Shown one piece after another: positions 27,092-40,074 of a stretch of DNA of 64,000 nucleotides. Numbering within the stretch: the stretch's first letter is position 1; every line of letters starts with the position of its first letter. The translations under genes and the position numbers were made by a program. The notes beneath the pieces are model-generated. The model did no database searches and was not told where the DNA came from. It saw nothing but the letters and a program-made list of their open reading frames with translations. Source of the stretch: Iphione sp. A-MEVVRFRX5 (lineage: Eukaryota); NCBI GenBank assembly GCA_976226885.1, contig OZ320318.1, positions 73,160,001 to 73,224,000 on the forward strand. Reading direction: 5' to 3'.

Positions 27092-27646
27092 TGATATTGG
27101 GTGGTCATCAGAGTTCAGATGCTTGGCTGTCGTTATGGTTGTCGTGGAGTTCGAGACAGGCTTGAGACTAGCTCACATGGTGCAGAGAACTGTGGTTTGC
27201 GCTTAACAGAAAACACGGTAAAAATAACCAACGAGCAACCTGCACATGAATCTAAACTTTCCAGTACAATATATATATATATATATATATATAGAACTCA
27301 ATAATCTGGGCTCACCAGCAGGGACGATAATTGAGGACCACGGATACTACTTTGTTAGTGGAGAGGGTCATCTAACAGGCTGGCTAGTGGAGGTATTCCT
27401 GCCTGGGTCCATCCAGGCGACCGTTTGTTTCGCATCTCCGTCGAGCCCCAGTTTAGGAGCAGGAAGGTTGATAGAGGGAGGGTGTGCGGCCCACGTGAGG
27501 AGTAGAGTGGTGCCATCGGTTGACCGGCCGGCCTAGAAGGGGCCCTTCCCGCGAGGGCTATTATCGCCGTCTCGGCCCGTCTGGCCGCCGGAGTGGGCGG
27601 GGACGGTAGCCGTTGGTGAGGATCTGCTTAATCTCGCCCTGTGATA
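27092..27646 (-). mobile_element. LTR-like fragment containing a (TA)n tract, next to an assembly gap
   Basis: GC-rich block of similar length (about 555 bp) to the 8519-9071 element. The minus strand starts TATCACAGGGCG (possibly a mutated TGTCAC) and could end ...AATATCA. It contains (TA)n at 27269-27293. No TSD, PBS or PPT found; boundaries are tentative. Confidence 0.3.
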
Positions 27647-27720
27647 AGGCGGATGGCGGGGCGGCATCAGCATCTCGCTATTAATTAGGTCTTCCACGAC
27701 AGTTTTATATTTAGCCCTTG

Positions 27721-27896
27721 NNNNNNNNNNNNNNNNNNNNNNNNNNNNNNNNNNNNNNNNNNNNNNNNNNNNNNNNNNNNNNNNNNNNNNNNNNNNNNNN
27801 NNNNNNNNNNNNNNNNNNNNNNNNNNNNNNNNNNNNNNNNNNNNNNNNNNNNNNNNNNNNNNNNNNNNNNNNNNNNNNNNNNNNNNNNNNNNNNNN
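27721..27896. other. Assembly gap (176 N)
   Basis: Run of N; the track ORFs crossing it are artefacts. Confidence 1.
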
Positions 27897-28149
27897 CATT
27901 CTGACTTGTTACTAATAATAATATAATCGTTTCAATCCTTCTTTCTCCTTTCCCTTCATTGTGATTCTCCTCCTTTTCCTTATTACAATCCATTTATTCT
28001 CTTAAGTCACTCCCTGTTTTATCACCCCCAACTTTCATCTTTGACACCTCTCCCTCCCTCACACTGGTCCCTCTCACTGTGCGTATTACTGAACAAGGTC
28101 TTGTCCTTCTCTGTATCCCTTTACCTCACCCACTACCCTTGCAACTTAC

Positions 28150-28653
28150 CTGGTTCGATGCTCTCTACTTCTTCATCGTATACATGTAGTAATATTACAC
28201 CCCCCGCGCGTACCGCGCGTCACCACAATATCATGTGTGTAAAGATAGAATACTGTCTAATGTATAAATCTAGCAGAAGTGCACTGTCATGATGACACCC
28301 ACGAAGAAAGTTTGAGGCACAAACACGAAGCGGGTGCTTCCTGCTCTCGCTTAGGCTGTATTGATTTATCTGTAAAGGTAGCTGCGACATCTCAGCTTTC
28401 AAGGCTGTCATCTTAATGCGATGGACCAATGATACAAGCCAACCACAAAGGGCTGTACGATCTGTTTTTAGCTCATTCTGTAAATAAGCTAGACAGCCAT
28501 ATATCAGTACCTACTCACCAGGATCAGCTACTTCCTAGGATTATATTAATCTTTTCGTTGATACCTTTTGATTGATTGAACAAGGTTTCCGACGCCTGGT
28601 ACGGTGTATCCCATGGAACAGGTTTCGGAGTATTGGTTGTTTGATGAAGCCAT
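28150..28653 (-). pseudogene. Decayed two-exon gene-like fragment with a 41-nt intron
   Basis: Exon 28653-28519 (MASSNNQYSE...SIKRYQRKD*YNPRK*LIL), then intron 28518-28478 (CTG|GTGAGT...TTTACAG|), then exon 28477-28150 (NELKTDRTALCGWLVSLVHRIKMTALKAEM...HMILW*RAVRAGGVILLHVYDEEVESIEP), ending at a strong donor CCAG|GTAAGT. The frame is kept across the splice; three internal stops. Confidence 0.35.
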
Positions 28654-28907
28654 GACGAGTGAGTTGTAACAATTAGTTACGTTTCCTTTAACTCTTGAAT
28701 TAACTAAATTATACTAACTCATGAATATACGAGTGAAAGCGTTTATGTTCGCTTCTTCTCTTATCGAATAGCTGTAAATAGTTTCGATTATTGATATTAC
28801 AAAACTGGAAGAATGCACACCGGATTGCAATTTTCTGAATCATATATTTATTGTGGTATGAACTTCTTACATTCGCTCTCCGGAAAAAAAACCTGCTAGG
28901 TAATTGC

Positions 28908-29345
28908 TTAGTGTCCCTTACATGTTCTACACTTTACAAATTGTCCTTTACCATTCAACTCCCTGATGCTTGCATCCATTCTTACAAATGCCAGAGGAGG
29001 AGGATACCGTTGGAAACCATACTTCCTTTGTCAGGAATTATTTCGAATATGCTCGTGCTGCGGATAAATAGGACGCTGACATTTGAGACATCCTCGGCCA
29101 GGGAACCAGTTTTGAAAATTACTCCATACGTTTTACATAACGAACGCTTCATTGCGGCCCTTTCTTCTTCGCATTTTGCCATTGATGCCATCCAGGGTTG
29201 TCGGTTTAGCATCAGAGGAAAACTGTCAAAATATCTTGAAACAGACTTGCCGGACACCATTATTTATGAGTGGAGGTGCCTTTCACCTCGCCCATAGCAG
29301 GCCCTGCCAGTGTTTTATCAGCCACTCTGGTGCCAGTTCTATTTC
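28908..29345 (-). pseudogene. Decayed reading frame with two CxxC motifs (possible zinc-binding transposon protein)
   Basis: One frame of 146 codons with four internal stops: EIELAPEWLIKHWQGLLWAR*...NVWSNFQNWFPGRGCLKCQRPIYPQHEHIR...YGFQRYPPPLAFVRMDASIRELNGKGQFVKCRTCKGH*. This frame is not in the ORF track. Confidence 0.4.
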
Positions 29346-31449
29346 AGTCGCTGCCACCGTCGCCTCTCTTTGACTACTTTTTTCCCCTCACTTTCAGGGG
29401 ATAATGGCTGTCCTTTTCCACAGTCTTGGAGAAAATGCGAGATAAACAGCTTGATTTAATGGTTACCGACATTATTGTAGTAATGAGCAAAAATGGTGTA
29501 ATGAATCAAGATCGACCTCTGTCAGGCTGCTGTGATCTTTAGCTGAGAAATACCTGTTGGTAATTGCGACACCTTCGCACTTTCTTCAGGTCATTTTTAC
29601 TTCCTTTGTGAACAAATAATTCACACATGTTGGAATGAACAATACAACGCTCCCACACTCTGTGATTTTCACCCCCAACCCCCCTGCTGTGGCCTTTCCT
29701 CTTTTCGTTATTAAATTTTATCTATTTTTGCTGCTTAAAAGCTACGTAGTAAACGTGCTCTCTATTATACTTTCGTCCCGTATTTCTACGTGGTCCTACT
29801 ACGCCTACCCCTTTTTACGCTAGCTGCCTGCCTGAATGTCTTTGTTGTGACAGGGTTCCCGACCTAGGTAATCAAGCTTTCAACGTCCTTGACCTACTCG
29901 TTACTTTTTGCCCATGAAACGGCTCATTCTGAATGACACAGAGGCCAGGGTGGCCAATCAGCACGTCGTTTACTCAGCTAACGAGCCAATCAAGGCACCG
30001 GGATTTCAGGGAGGATTTCTTCAAAATCACCAATAATTTGCCTTCGACAAAGGTGTCCGAGCATCTCCATATACATACGAAGTTGTAGAGAGTTAGACCT
30101 TAGATCACAAGCAGTGTCCTCACGACATTGTTTATGATATGAAAATACAAAAAGTACAGTTCTCTGAAGTTGTAGTGCATGAAGAGGTGCTTCTACCCAC
30201 GCTCTGTCTGTTGATGGAGTACAATTATAGCGAAAGAAAAGAAAATAAATATTTTGGCTGAGTCAGGAGACGTAAGAATGGAAAAAAGCACTGTGAATGA
30301 TGGGGAAGTATGTGATAAGAATTCAAGTAGTCAGAGACTCCGATGAGATTCCCTTCCTACTGGATGGTTACGGATCTAGGGTTGTGTGACTGAACGGCTA
30401 CTAAGTTTTCACGGAAGCTGGTTTTCTGTCTGTTATTTGGGGAGTTTCGAGAAGAGGTAGTTTCAGCTATGACGAACACAACAGACAAAATAATGTAAAT
30501 ATTTTCTTGTAAATAGGAAGAAGTTTCGCACGACTCAGTTGGCAAGAAAAAAAAAAGCTCAAATGGTCATTAGATATCTCCCATATAGTTAATGATGGGT
30601 TATGGTCCAGTGTGTTGTAAATGAGTAGAGCAGCCAATGTAAACAAACTGCCTCTCGGCAAACATCATTAATGACTGCAGATAGTCTTAAGAGTATAACT
30701 CTGAATTCATCATTGCGATTCAGTGACAGAGTGAGACAATTCCTTTACACCGTACAGGATATGTTCTCTAAAAGAATAGCATGCAAACTACGATCATATT
30801 CCGGGACACCGACAATTTCTTTAGCACATAATCGTACCTTGTTGCCCTTGTACTGGTAGACATCTTATTTATGTTTTTTTGGCCTTCTGGAATGTCTAGT
30901 ACGTACCTATGTGGGTTATGATAGGTCGATGTAGAAATGATCTTATATAGAAATGATGAATGCTCATTTAAATGATTGGTATAAGGTTTGCTCGTCGCCC
31001 TTGTGTGCTCACGTGTATGAAATATATTGAATGGTCTGCACATCCGTCAGGCGATGTTGTGTTTTATAAAGCTTCGAATAACTGAATATTGTTTCAAGGA
31101 GTTTGGTAAATCTTTTCTCAGTGTTGGATTTTAATTGACATTGGAGACTATCTAATCTTTTCAAGAACAAAGCTTAGGGTTCCTTGGTCAAACACATAGT
31201 CACACCACATGCATTTATAATTTTGGATAACTTGTGCTTGTCACATCCCCTTGATATCCTAAATGATGGACCTCAGTCAAAGGCGAAACACTTTGCCGTG
31301 AGGATTGTATAATTCTTTTTTGTTTTTTCCAAATGTACTTTTGCCTACCTCTGTAGAATGCAAGCCTGGAGAGAGGTTTCAGTCACTGCATGCAATAGAT
31401 CATCGGGTACAAGTTGAAGTTCTGCCTCTGGTTCTATACAGTGTTTATT

Positions 31450-31815
31450 TCCCCACCGCCAAGAGGAATGGGGGACCTTAGTTAGGATCACTGCTGTTTG
31501 ACCGTCTGACCTTCCATCACCACCTTGTGGGTCTTATTACCTCTATTCTCTCCAGTCAAATAAAATGAAAGTTAGATATATTATACACACCCATTTGGAT
31601 ACATGCCACTTAAGTATTTTTGTTTGATGTGAAGTAATGTAAAGTTGAAATTCTTGCATTTCAGTATATTCTGCTCACCAACACACACACTCACTGAGTG
31701 TGCTTTGCAAGGAAGTGTTTGTCAAATGTATGCACTCAGGCATATGATTCATTATGCAAATGTGGTGATATGTGTTAGAGGTGAGGGGCAATAGACCTCA
31801 AAGGTCCACTCTCTT
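31450..31815 (+). repeat. Dispersed repeat, copy 2 (homologous to 16030-16387)
   Basis: Same collinear blocks and same orientation as copy 1, about 15.4 kb away. Confidence 0.85.
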
Positions 31816-32284
31816 GTTTGATTAACATCCCAACTGAATGTCACGCAAGGAAGATATATGAAATTTTCCGTCTGTCAGCCAGGAATGTGCTTCTTCCTGT
31901 TTGGAACGTAATCCGTATAATATTTTTGCTTTTTCAGTCGAAAAATATTCATATATGAAGCTATAGTTTCGTAGGTATGTCGTCTATATAACCCTAAGGG
32001 CAGCGATATTCAACGCAATCTATAGGCAATTTTCATAGTAGCGCAAGTGGTGAATTGTTTTAAATATGACTGCATTGTTGTTACAGTTGCAAGGACATGC
32101 GAATAATAACGTCCTGACGTGAAATTGATATACCACATGCCATCGTTTTTTTCATGGAATCGTGAATGCCCAGCCTCATCATTATGAAGACATACAGCGA
32201 AAAAAAACACAAGTAGTACTCTACTTACATTCCTTCCACCTGGCATTGTATTACTTTTGGTCCTAGGTTCTGACATACATATAC

Positions 32285-32647
32285 CTCATCTCTATTTCTG
32301 GCCAACCTTCAGAAGTCTCGTGACAGCATTTTAACGGCATTGCCCATTGCTTCAGTGTGTCTGGTCCGAAAGGGCCCATTTTAATCAGACGAACGTACAC
32401 GTCAATTTCTCTTCATCGCATGGAAGATTGTCAGTGAACCAGTACATACCGCAACCTGAACATGGACGTAAGAAAACCGGTCCTGTTTCATTGGCAAGGG
32501 CTCAGTGATAAATAATTTAAAGCCCGCCAACCGTTTGAACGCTGCGGGATCCAAATCTGCAACAAATGTGGAGTCGGCCAACTCTTTCTCCATGCGGAAC
32601 ACGCTTAAAAAGCATTCGGCCGGGTCGTAACGAGTGTTGGTATGCAT
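32285..32647 (-). pseudogene. Gene-like fragment with an apparent frameshift, product unknown
   Basis: ORF MHTNTRYDPAECFLSVFRMEKELADSTFVADLDPAAFKRLAGFKLFITEPLPMKQDRFSYVHVQ continues in an adjacent frame as REIDVYVRLIKMGPFGPDTLKQWAMPLKCCHETSEGWPEIEM, ending at a donor-like GAG|GTATAT (32284). Confidence 0.3.
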
Positions 32648-33133
32648 TATTCCAATTCAGGGCCGGCTCTCAGTCGCTACCATATTCGGTAACCATGTCT
32701 CAGGGTTGGAGGTGCTTGTAGGGAAGGACTTTTTGTGTGCGGTGTTTTTTTTTGTGACGGGGCGGGGGATCGTGTGAAGCGGATGGTAATTGGTAGACCG
32801 ACCGGCCCGGTCTAGGGGTAAGAAAAATATAAGAAATATACGCAGCAAACCAAGTCACGCAAGATGGCTCAGCAAGCCGACCCCGTGGCGTACTCTATTT
32901 TCATGAGGCGCGAGGAGGGCTATTAAATAGAGAGGCTGGTGCTACCACCTGCCGAGTGTGAATTATACGATAAAGACGGTCAGAGCTTTGATGCCCTCCC
33001 CCCTGCTGCCCGGCTACCATTTCATACTTGCTCTCCCCGCCCTTTCTAATTCGCCCTGCTCGACCTTTTTTGATATGCGGGCTGGGCGATTTTTAGAAGG
33101 GCGCTGTTGATATCTGGAAACAGTATTAATTTT

Positions 33134-33491
33134 ATGTCCCTCTCTCGACCTCCTCCATTTCCATCTATACGTGATGCTTTTGACAGGGAGAGTAAAGTTT
33201 TCGTCTTGGAGCTGACAGATCTCTCCTATTTTGGCTACTTGTAAGTGTCTCTCATTCAGTTCCTCTGCCTTCACTCTCGACCCACTGCTAGGTACGCCGG
33301 GAGTGTGCTTCTGTTGACCGAATTGGATTCAGACTTAGATGAAAGCCTTTGCGGGGTAACCGAACAATGCATGCATGATTCTAGGTACCTCTAAACACTT
33401 GCATTGGAGGGTTCATGCATATTCTAGGCAGGAGAAGCTAAGTGAAATTTGCTGGCAGGCTGCTTTGGACGGTCGGTCTGCAAATGTCTAA
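33134..33491 (+). CDS. Candidate three-exon small gene (87 aa): exons 33134-33240, 33292-33384, 33428-33491
   Basis: GT-AG introns of 51 nt (GTAAGT...CTGCTAG) and 43 nt (GTACCT...TTCTAG), both phase 2, give an uninterrupted MSLSRPPPFPSIRDAFDRESKVFVLELTDLSYFGYLYAGSVLLLTELDSDLDESLCGVTEQCMHDSRQEKLSEICWQAALDGRSANV*. The model was built by hand; no homology recognised. Confidence 0.3.
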
Positions 33492-36400
33492 TATTTACGA
33501 GGACCGTATTTTTTCCCTTAGCGAACTTTGCACTGAATCCCGTTCCTGCGCGCTGTGACTACGGTGTGCGACGTGTGTATTTGACAGCATGTAAAGGCAA
33601 GTAGTTTTAGTTCGATGTTAGATCACAGCCATTGGCACGGAACGAATGAGCATAGGATTTATAATTATAGGAAACCTGAAATAACATCAAGGTGGTATCT
33701 CCGAAATCGGTCTTATAATTATAAAGTCCCATATCCCATTGAAGTGCCGGCTTCAACCAGACTTAATGGTTATGAGGCTTTTGGTGAAGGCTAAGCACAT
33801 TTCTATTGTCTTGTATTCCTTGGTAACACAGATCAGGAGCATATAATTATGGTGTTGACAAAATCTGAACAGCTAAAAACATCTTAGTGATTATGAACCT
33901 GTGAAAAATACCTGCACATTTGTGTGAATAGAAATCGCAATAAATGGTAAGCAATTGAAAATGTTTGCAATATATAGGGGAATTCAATAACGAAATCCGC
34001 CATTTTTATTACTCCCCCTTTAGGTAGTACTAGTGGTGTCGTGGTATTATATTATCGTCTTTGTGACACCCTTCACGCCAATTTGCACACTTGCCTTAAC
34101 TCCCAGTATACACGTGCAAGTTTTATAGATGCACTCTGATGGAGTCATATTGTTCGTCCTCTCAGTAATCCGGTAGCGGCAAGGGCGATACGGACCGTGG
34201 GCTGGTCTAGTAGGCGTAGTTATTAGAGCTGTGGTATTGCCGAGATGCAGCGGCAGGGATCAAGGATACGATAGTCATGTCACTCACACCCATGGAAGTA
34301 TGTTATTTTTCAAAAGCTAGATATATAGGAAGTTGTTATCTTGCAGTTGCCTAAACCTTACGGCTTGGAAAGTGGTAATGCTATCAGCGAAACCAGTACA
34401 CAATAATTTTAGATACAGTGCGACGCTTTCTACAATTGTTACCCATAAGGTCATCTTTAATTGTTCGCTTAACAATTATTGTTCAGTCGTCTGGTTTTGA
34501 TCACGGTCGACAATCATAGTGCATTATGGTTCATTGGTGTTCAGTGCGTACTAAAACTTCGTTAACCCCACATTTATTAACGCTAGATATTCTTTGCAAG
34601 GCAAGTAGAAAATCCTGTATCCTCACAGGATCTTAGTTGCACCTCGCATGCGGTATGCGATATTTTTCAATTGGATTTGAAGATTGACTTTTAACGCTGT
34701 ATCTTCCAGTGTAATATTACTGCAAGTGAACTAGATTTCCCAACGTGGGTTTATGTAGTTGGCGATGGGACATACATGTATTTTAGATAATATTTCAAAG
34801 GAAGGTGTGTACATAAGCGCAGAGCTCTAGTACCTAGCTAGCGCGCCTCTTCCCTAAGAGGAATTTTACCTGTTAGAGTTCCTGTCATCAAAGTGAATGT
34901 AGCCCTCTCTTCCTCCATAGGTAAATCTAATCAGTGTAGGTGGTCTTACGCAGAGGTAGATCGATTACCGGGGCTACCTGTGAAGTGCTAACAAGCCCGT
35001 CGGTATATAGCCAGGCTATGCTTCCAGCCCACGGGATCCCACATACGGGAGCAATGAGAGCTATGATTCGCTATGATTTATGTATTATGTATGAACTGCT
35101 GAAAGTCTAGTTTACTCACAGAGGAAATCTTATTAGGCTGTAGCGGGAGAAAAAACAGTCTTTCCCGTGTCGTGAGATCTTTGAAAATATTGCCGGACAA
35201 GTCCCCTGTGAATCTTTCTTACGGTGGAAGGAGATCGTTGTGGAGAAGGACATTTGAGGAGAAATGTATTTTTGCAATCATGCTCTCACTGCCGTTATAT
35301 CTACGCGCCGTGTGAAGAATGTCTAGTGTATGTGCGCAAAGACGGAGAACGTGGGCCCTGATGTATCGTCAGTTTACTGCGAAGGAAAGTCGAAGCAGAC
35401 ACTTCTTGAGAACGAAGACCTTCACTATGTATGCCCCTTGAGAGACGAGGTGACCCCAGGGGCCAGAGGCCAGTCTGCCAGTCCTACTTGTGCTTCTCCT
35501 AGTGGTTTGCAATGCATGTGAGAAGCCCCCACCAGAATTGGAGGAACAGATGGCAGCATAGATGGTCTATAGGACCTCCAAGGTCTCATGAGAGGGCGGC
35601 AGTAAGGCCAGGGCCTGCTCCTTTCCGCCTCTTGGTGTTAGGAATACTCTCACAGTCGCAGACTTGTTGTATGGCTGGCCTATTGACTGATATGGCCTAT
35701 TTGTTGATACTGCTGACTCTTGCCACATCACCTTGCCAAAAGATACTTGGTCTGCCTATCTCCCTGTCCAAGGCAGTCCTGTTGTACGATGTGATTATAA
35801 TACTCATATTGCAAGCTTTCGTTCATAACAGTTCTCGTAGGAAATAAACTAAAGTCACATTCGAAGGAAACCTCCTCTCCTTCCATTGAGACGCTGCCTG
35901 CGTGAACAGTGGAGATTCAGCCGCATGAACTCCCATACGTATAGAATGGGGGCGTTTCCCTTTTGAAAACAGACGGAATGAGGGAGGCATAAGTTGATTT
36001 TAGACGTGATTCGACTGGAATGGTATGAGACACGAATCTCTAATTTAAAAATATACACGGTATCTACATTCCGTTTTTGTACAGATGTGTCGCACATCGG
36101 TCTCCTAGTTATTACCTCTGCCTTATCCACCCACAGATGAAGTTATTAATCATACGTCTCCTCTTTTTTTTTCGATCGAACTGTATCTGTACCTCCAACA
36201 TCAAACGTGTCTAGTGCATATTACGTTCGTGCTACTTCATCTTTTCTTTTGGAAGGTGTAGTGGACTTTATTTCAAGAATTAAGCTCATGCATAATATAC
36301 TAAACGTTTCCATTTCCAGTTCTTTTGCACCCTGGATACTTGCCAAACGATGATGAATTTTTTATGCCGGTGGAATTATACCACACAGCAATATGATTCC

Positions 36401-38362
36401 CTTTCAAGAAAAGGATGAAATGCAATATCCTCCTCCTGTGTTGTATTTTCTCATGATGAATGCAGGGATATTACTGATACGTAACTGTTACAAAACTCTT
36501 ACCCCAGTAATAGTGTTGGATAATCGAATGGGCTACTGCAGGTCTAAGCGTGGGCCATAGAGGTAGTAAGAAGCATGCTAATTTAATAAATGAATATTGA
36601 AAGTTATAATTAGTAATGTTTGTGCAGCGAGGGAACAGCTTGATGACACACTGTAGAAAATATAATGGCAAACCGGTATTTGTTGTTTAATTTCCTCTTC
36701 CAAAATTGATTCCTATGGGGTTTGTGATCGCAAAAGTGTATTTGTTATAATAACACCATTCGACCTTCTGGTCCAAATATTCGCTGTTCCGCTCAGTTGT
36801 CTGGCTTTGCAGTTATTCTATTGTGTTTTTGGCAGGTGGCATACATGATAGGTATTATGTATGCCTCTCGTACATGCGGATAAGTACGGAATGAAAAAAA
36901 AATTGGCAAATTCACATTCTTCTCCCGACCGGGCAAAATAGATCCATTTTCAAAACTAATATGGCGTCGTGAAGAACGTGATGAGAAAATATAAGTCCTA
37001 CCCAGCCGACTGCGACTAGCTCCTGTCGCACTCTCTGTGCCGGGGAAAGTTTTTTTTCCCTTCAGAGGCTTTCAGTCACAACAGGATTATACACGTCTGG
37101 GCTGAGAAACACCCTTACTGGCTTGTCTACGTGGTAGTCTAGTGTCTAGAAACGTTCATGGTTATCTTCCGAAAACTTATCCATCATAATAATTATAGCC
37201 TTTCTTTTCAGTCATTGTATAGACAGATCTGTTCTTTACGTGTAGAGCTTTCACAAGGGTTTTGCTGTGTAGCTGTGTACCCAATATTTTATTCAAAATG
37301 TGTTGCTTACGGATTTACTAGAATATTTCAATCGTTTTTACAGATCTTTAATTAATCTGAATCATTGAGACAAGATATGATCATTGAGACAGCATATTTG
37401 TATTTATTTCTTCATAGAAAGTCACAAAAGACAATAGTTTATTTTCTTCCTTTAGTAAAGGCAGAAGATATTAGAGTGACATAGGACAATGAAACACAAG
37501 TGTGTACAAATCTCCAACCTATAAGGAGATAACCCATCTGTCAATTGTTTTATGTTTGTAAAACCATGGCATCTCTTTGAAATCGGATCACTGGACATAT
37601 TCCAACTCACAGGTGGTTTAATATGTGTCCACCTGGCCCACCTTGTGATACATGTGCTCGTGGGAGGGCGATGTGTTCTTGATGGCCGATCGGTTCCGGT
37701 CTTGGTCGCCATAGTCACGCTAATGGCGCCTGGTCACATGGTCTTGAGAAGGACGGCTGATTGGCTGCCTGATGCGGACCCACGCCACAGTGGCTTCTTG
37801 ACACCCCCAACGAACCCCCCCCCCCCCCGCTGTTTCACCGCCCCCACCAGGGGACGACTCATTAGGAACGGTCACAGGAGAGGAGGTTTGATTTACAACG
37901 GTGGGCATAACGACTGAAGAGGGCAGAGCACTCAGTGGAGTTGTGGCCCAGACCATCGTGTCTTGGTTCGTCTGTACGAAAAAAATTCCCAAGCCCTTGG
38001 GGGAGCAGGGGTTAACGTGGCCAGACACTACAGAGCACTCCAAGCTGTTATTGCTGACTCGCCATCGGAAAGGACGCCCATTACGTTGTCACTTTGATGT
38101 TGTCAGCAGCCGCGGCTGTCTTGATATTGTATCTCATTCTCTTAGGACAGCTACTTTTCTTTTTTCTCTTCATCTTTTCTACCTTCTTTTTCCTGTACTT
38201 TTTTTTCAAAAGGCTTATTCCTGTCGGTTAGGGCGAGTCAAGGGGAAGGCTGGGTTTCCATCTGTACGTTTTTTTTCATATACAGAGGAGTCTAGAAGAT
38301 TGGGCTGGTTTTCTGGACCTCTCCAGAGAAGCATCGTGAGGGGATTTCTGTGTGGCAAGGTC

Positions 38363-38838
38363 AAGACCAGGTTTTCAGCTGGGTCTCAGCTCAGCAAATC
38401 TATGAAAACCATGTGTTCTTTGTGCCAATAGTAAGGAATTCCGCCCAAGTCCCTGAAAACCATGTGTTTCCTGTGCTGATTTAAAGGAATTCTGAACAAA
38501 TGTATTAGAACTCTGTGTTTTTGGGTCCCTCACAAGGGATTCCAACCAACTCAGTTTTTATGCAAATGATATACAAATTAGAAAATATTTTACAACATCT
38601 ATTATGTGATAGACCTAGCCCATCTCTCTATCCTACTGGCATGTTACCCTCTGGAGTCTAGAGAAATTGATGGACATTGCCCGTTTTGAGTGTCCGGCTC
38701 CTGTTGGAGCCTGGAGCCCGGAACATGGAGCCTGTACACATGAATACACCCCTGTTCGTTGGCATAGGATCGATTTTTTTCTGCAGCACGGAGTCTGGCA
38801 TCTAGAAAGAAAACCTGAACACATGGATATCGGGCCGA
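38363..38838. mobile_element. Second, older member of the 21479-22115 TIR family
   Basis: Left end AAGACCAGGTTTTC vs AAGGCTAGGTTTCC (11/14) and right end TGGATATCGGGCCGAA vs TGGAAACCCGGCCTGA (11/16). It also has a tggagc repeat run (38705-38730) and a 51-bp tandem duplication starting tgaaaaccatgtgtt (38403, 38454). Confidence 0.45.
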
Positions 38839-39980
38839 AGTAAGCCTCCCTAAACAGGCTTCATTAGGAGAGTTCAGGTATTGCGCCTCTCAGGTAGTTC
38901 TCACTGCCAATGGCAGCCAGACTCTCATAATGCTGTGTAAGTTATCGGATTAGAATAGTCCCTAGCTGTTCCGCACCCATCTTACTTTGAACGCAAGGGA
39001 AGGATCAATATACAAATTAATTCATCAACGACAAATGGAGAAGTGGTTTTTCCTCATTTGCTTACCTTACCCATTTCGACAAATGCACTTCAGCTGTCTG
39101 CAAATGTAGTGTCCCAAACACAGGTGAATTATACTTGATTCTAAAAAGAGAAATGGAAACTCAGACGTGGAGATAAACCATGGCGATAATACTCTAGACG
39201 GAGATGATTGCACGAATGATGAGGGTTTGATGTAGTCGGGCGGTTAGAGGGCGATGAGCTTAGTGTTGCTGTGGTGCACATCGTCTCAAGTCAAGGAGAG
39301 GTTTTAGCGCTGGGATAAATCTGTAATGTACGTATAGGTAGGGACGGCCGTACGTGGCAGTAAGGGGAGGCGGATGTCGGCCTCGCCTAGGCTTGGCCCG
39401 CCATCCGTTTGACTACGTGAGCCGGCTATCATGACATCGTTGACATCTTTGACATTCTCCCCTCCCCCCTCTTGCCATTGATTTTTTTTGGTGAACGGAG
39501 GCGGCTGTCGTGATGGTTAAACATCACCCCATCCCACAGCTAAAGGCTGTTCTCTTCCCCCACTGCTGTTCTCTATCTCTACTCCTCCTTCCCACCTGCC
39601 ACCACCCCCTCCCTCCCTCTCGGCCCGCCGTCTGCCCTTCTATCACACGCCTCAAGCTTTGCCAGGGGAGTGTTCTGGCGATAGTGCTGCCACCATGCCT
39701 TGCTGATGTTCACTATGGCCTTGGCGGGCTCTGGCTCGACCGCAACGACAAGGTGGCTTTTATTAATGATGCGCGAGATGGTGATGATGATAATGGTGAT
39801 AACAATGATGTAAGTGATGTAGGTTGGAGGCTAATTGAGAAAAGGGGCTATGGAGGGTGATATGGGCATAAGTTGAGTGGCCAATTTCTCTTAGACTAAA
39901 GGTGAAGATTTCTTTTCCTCACACATGCTTCTTGCGGACTCTTCACTGTCCGCGTTGTACTCTTTCTCCCACACACTTCT

Positions 39981-40013
39981 TCCTCCTCCTCCTCCTCCTC
40001 CTCCTCCTCCTCC
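39981..40013. repeat. (TCC)n microsatellite
   Basis: About 11 units. Confidence 0.95.
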
Positions 40014-40074
40014 TTCTCGATGCGCGCGTCTTTGTCATGGCAAGCGACGCTGAGCCGTCCCACTTTGACCAAAC

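Noticed and set aside
27685-27993. Track ORFs spanning N runs (also 53968-54243)
   Set aside because: Artefacts of assembly gaps
29950-29995. Twin CCAAT boxes (ggccaatcagc, agccaatcaag)
   Set aside because: No supported gene or transcription start nearby; short motifs alone are not evidence
35728-35826. Minus-strand QDCLGQGDRQTKYLLAR resembles the LINE ORF2 linker motif W..EGDRNTKFF
   Set aside because: Only a handful of residues match, no RT motifs follow, and other frames here are equally open
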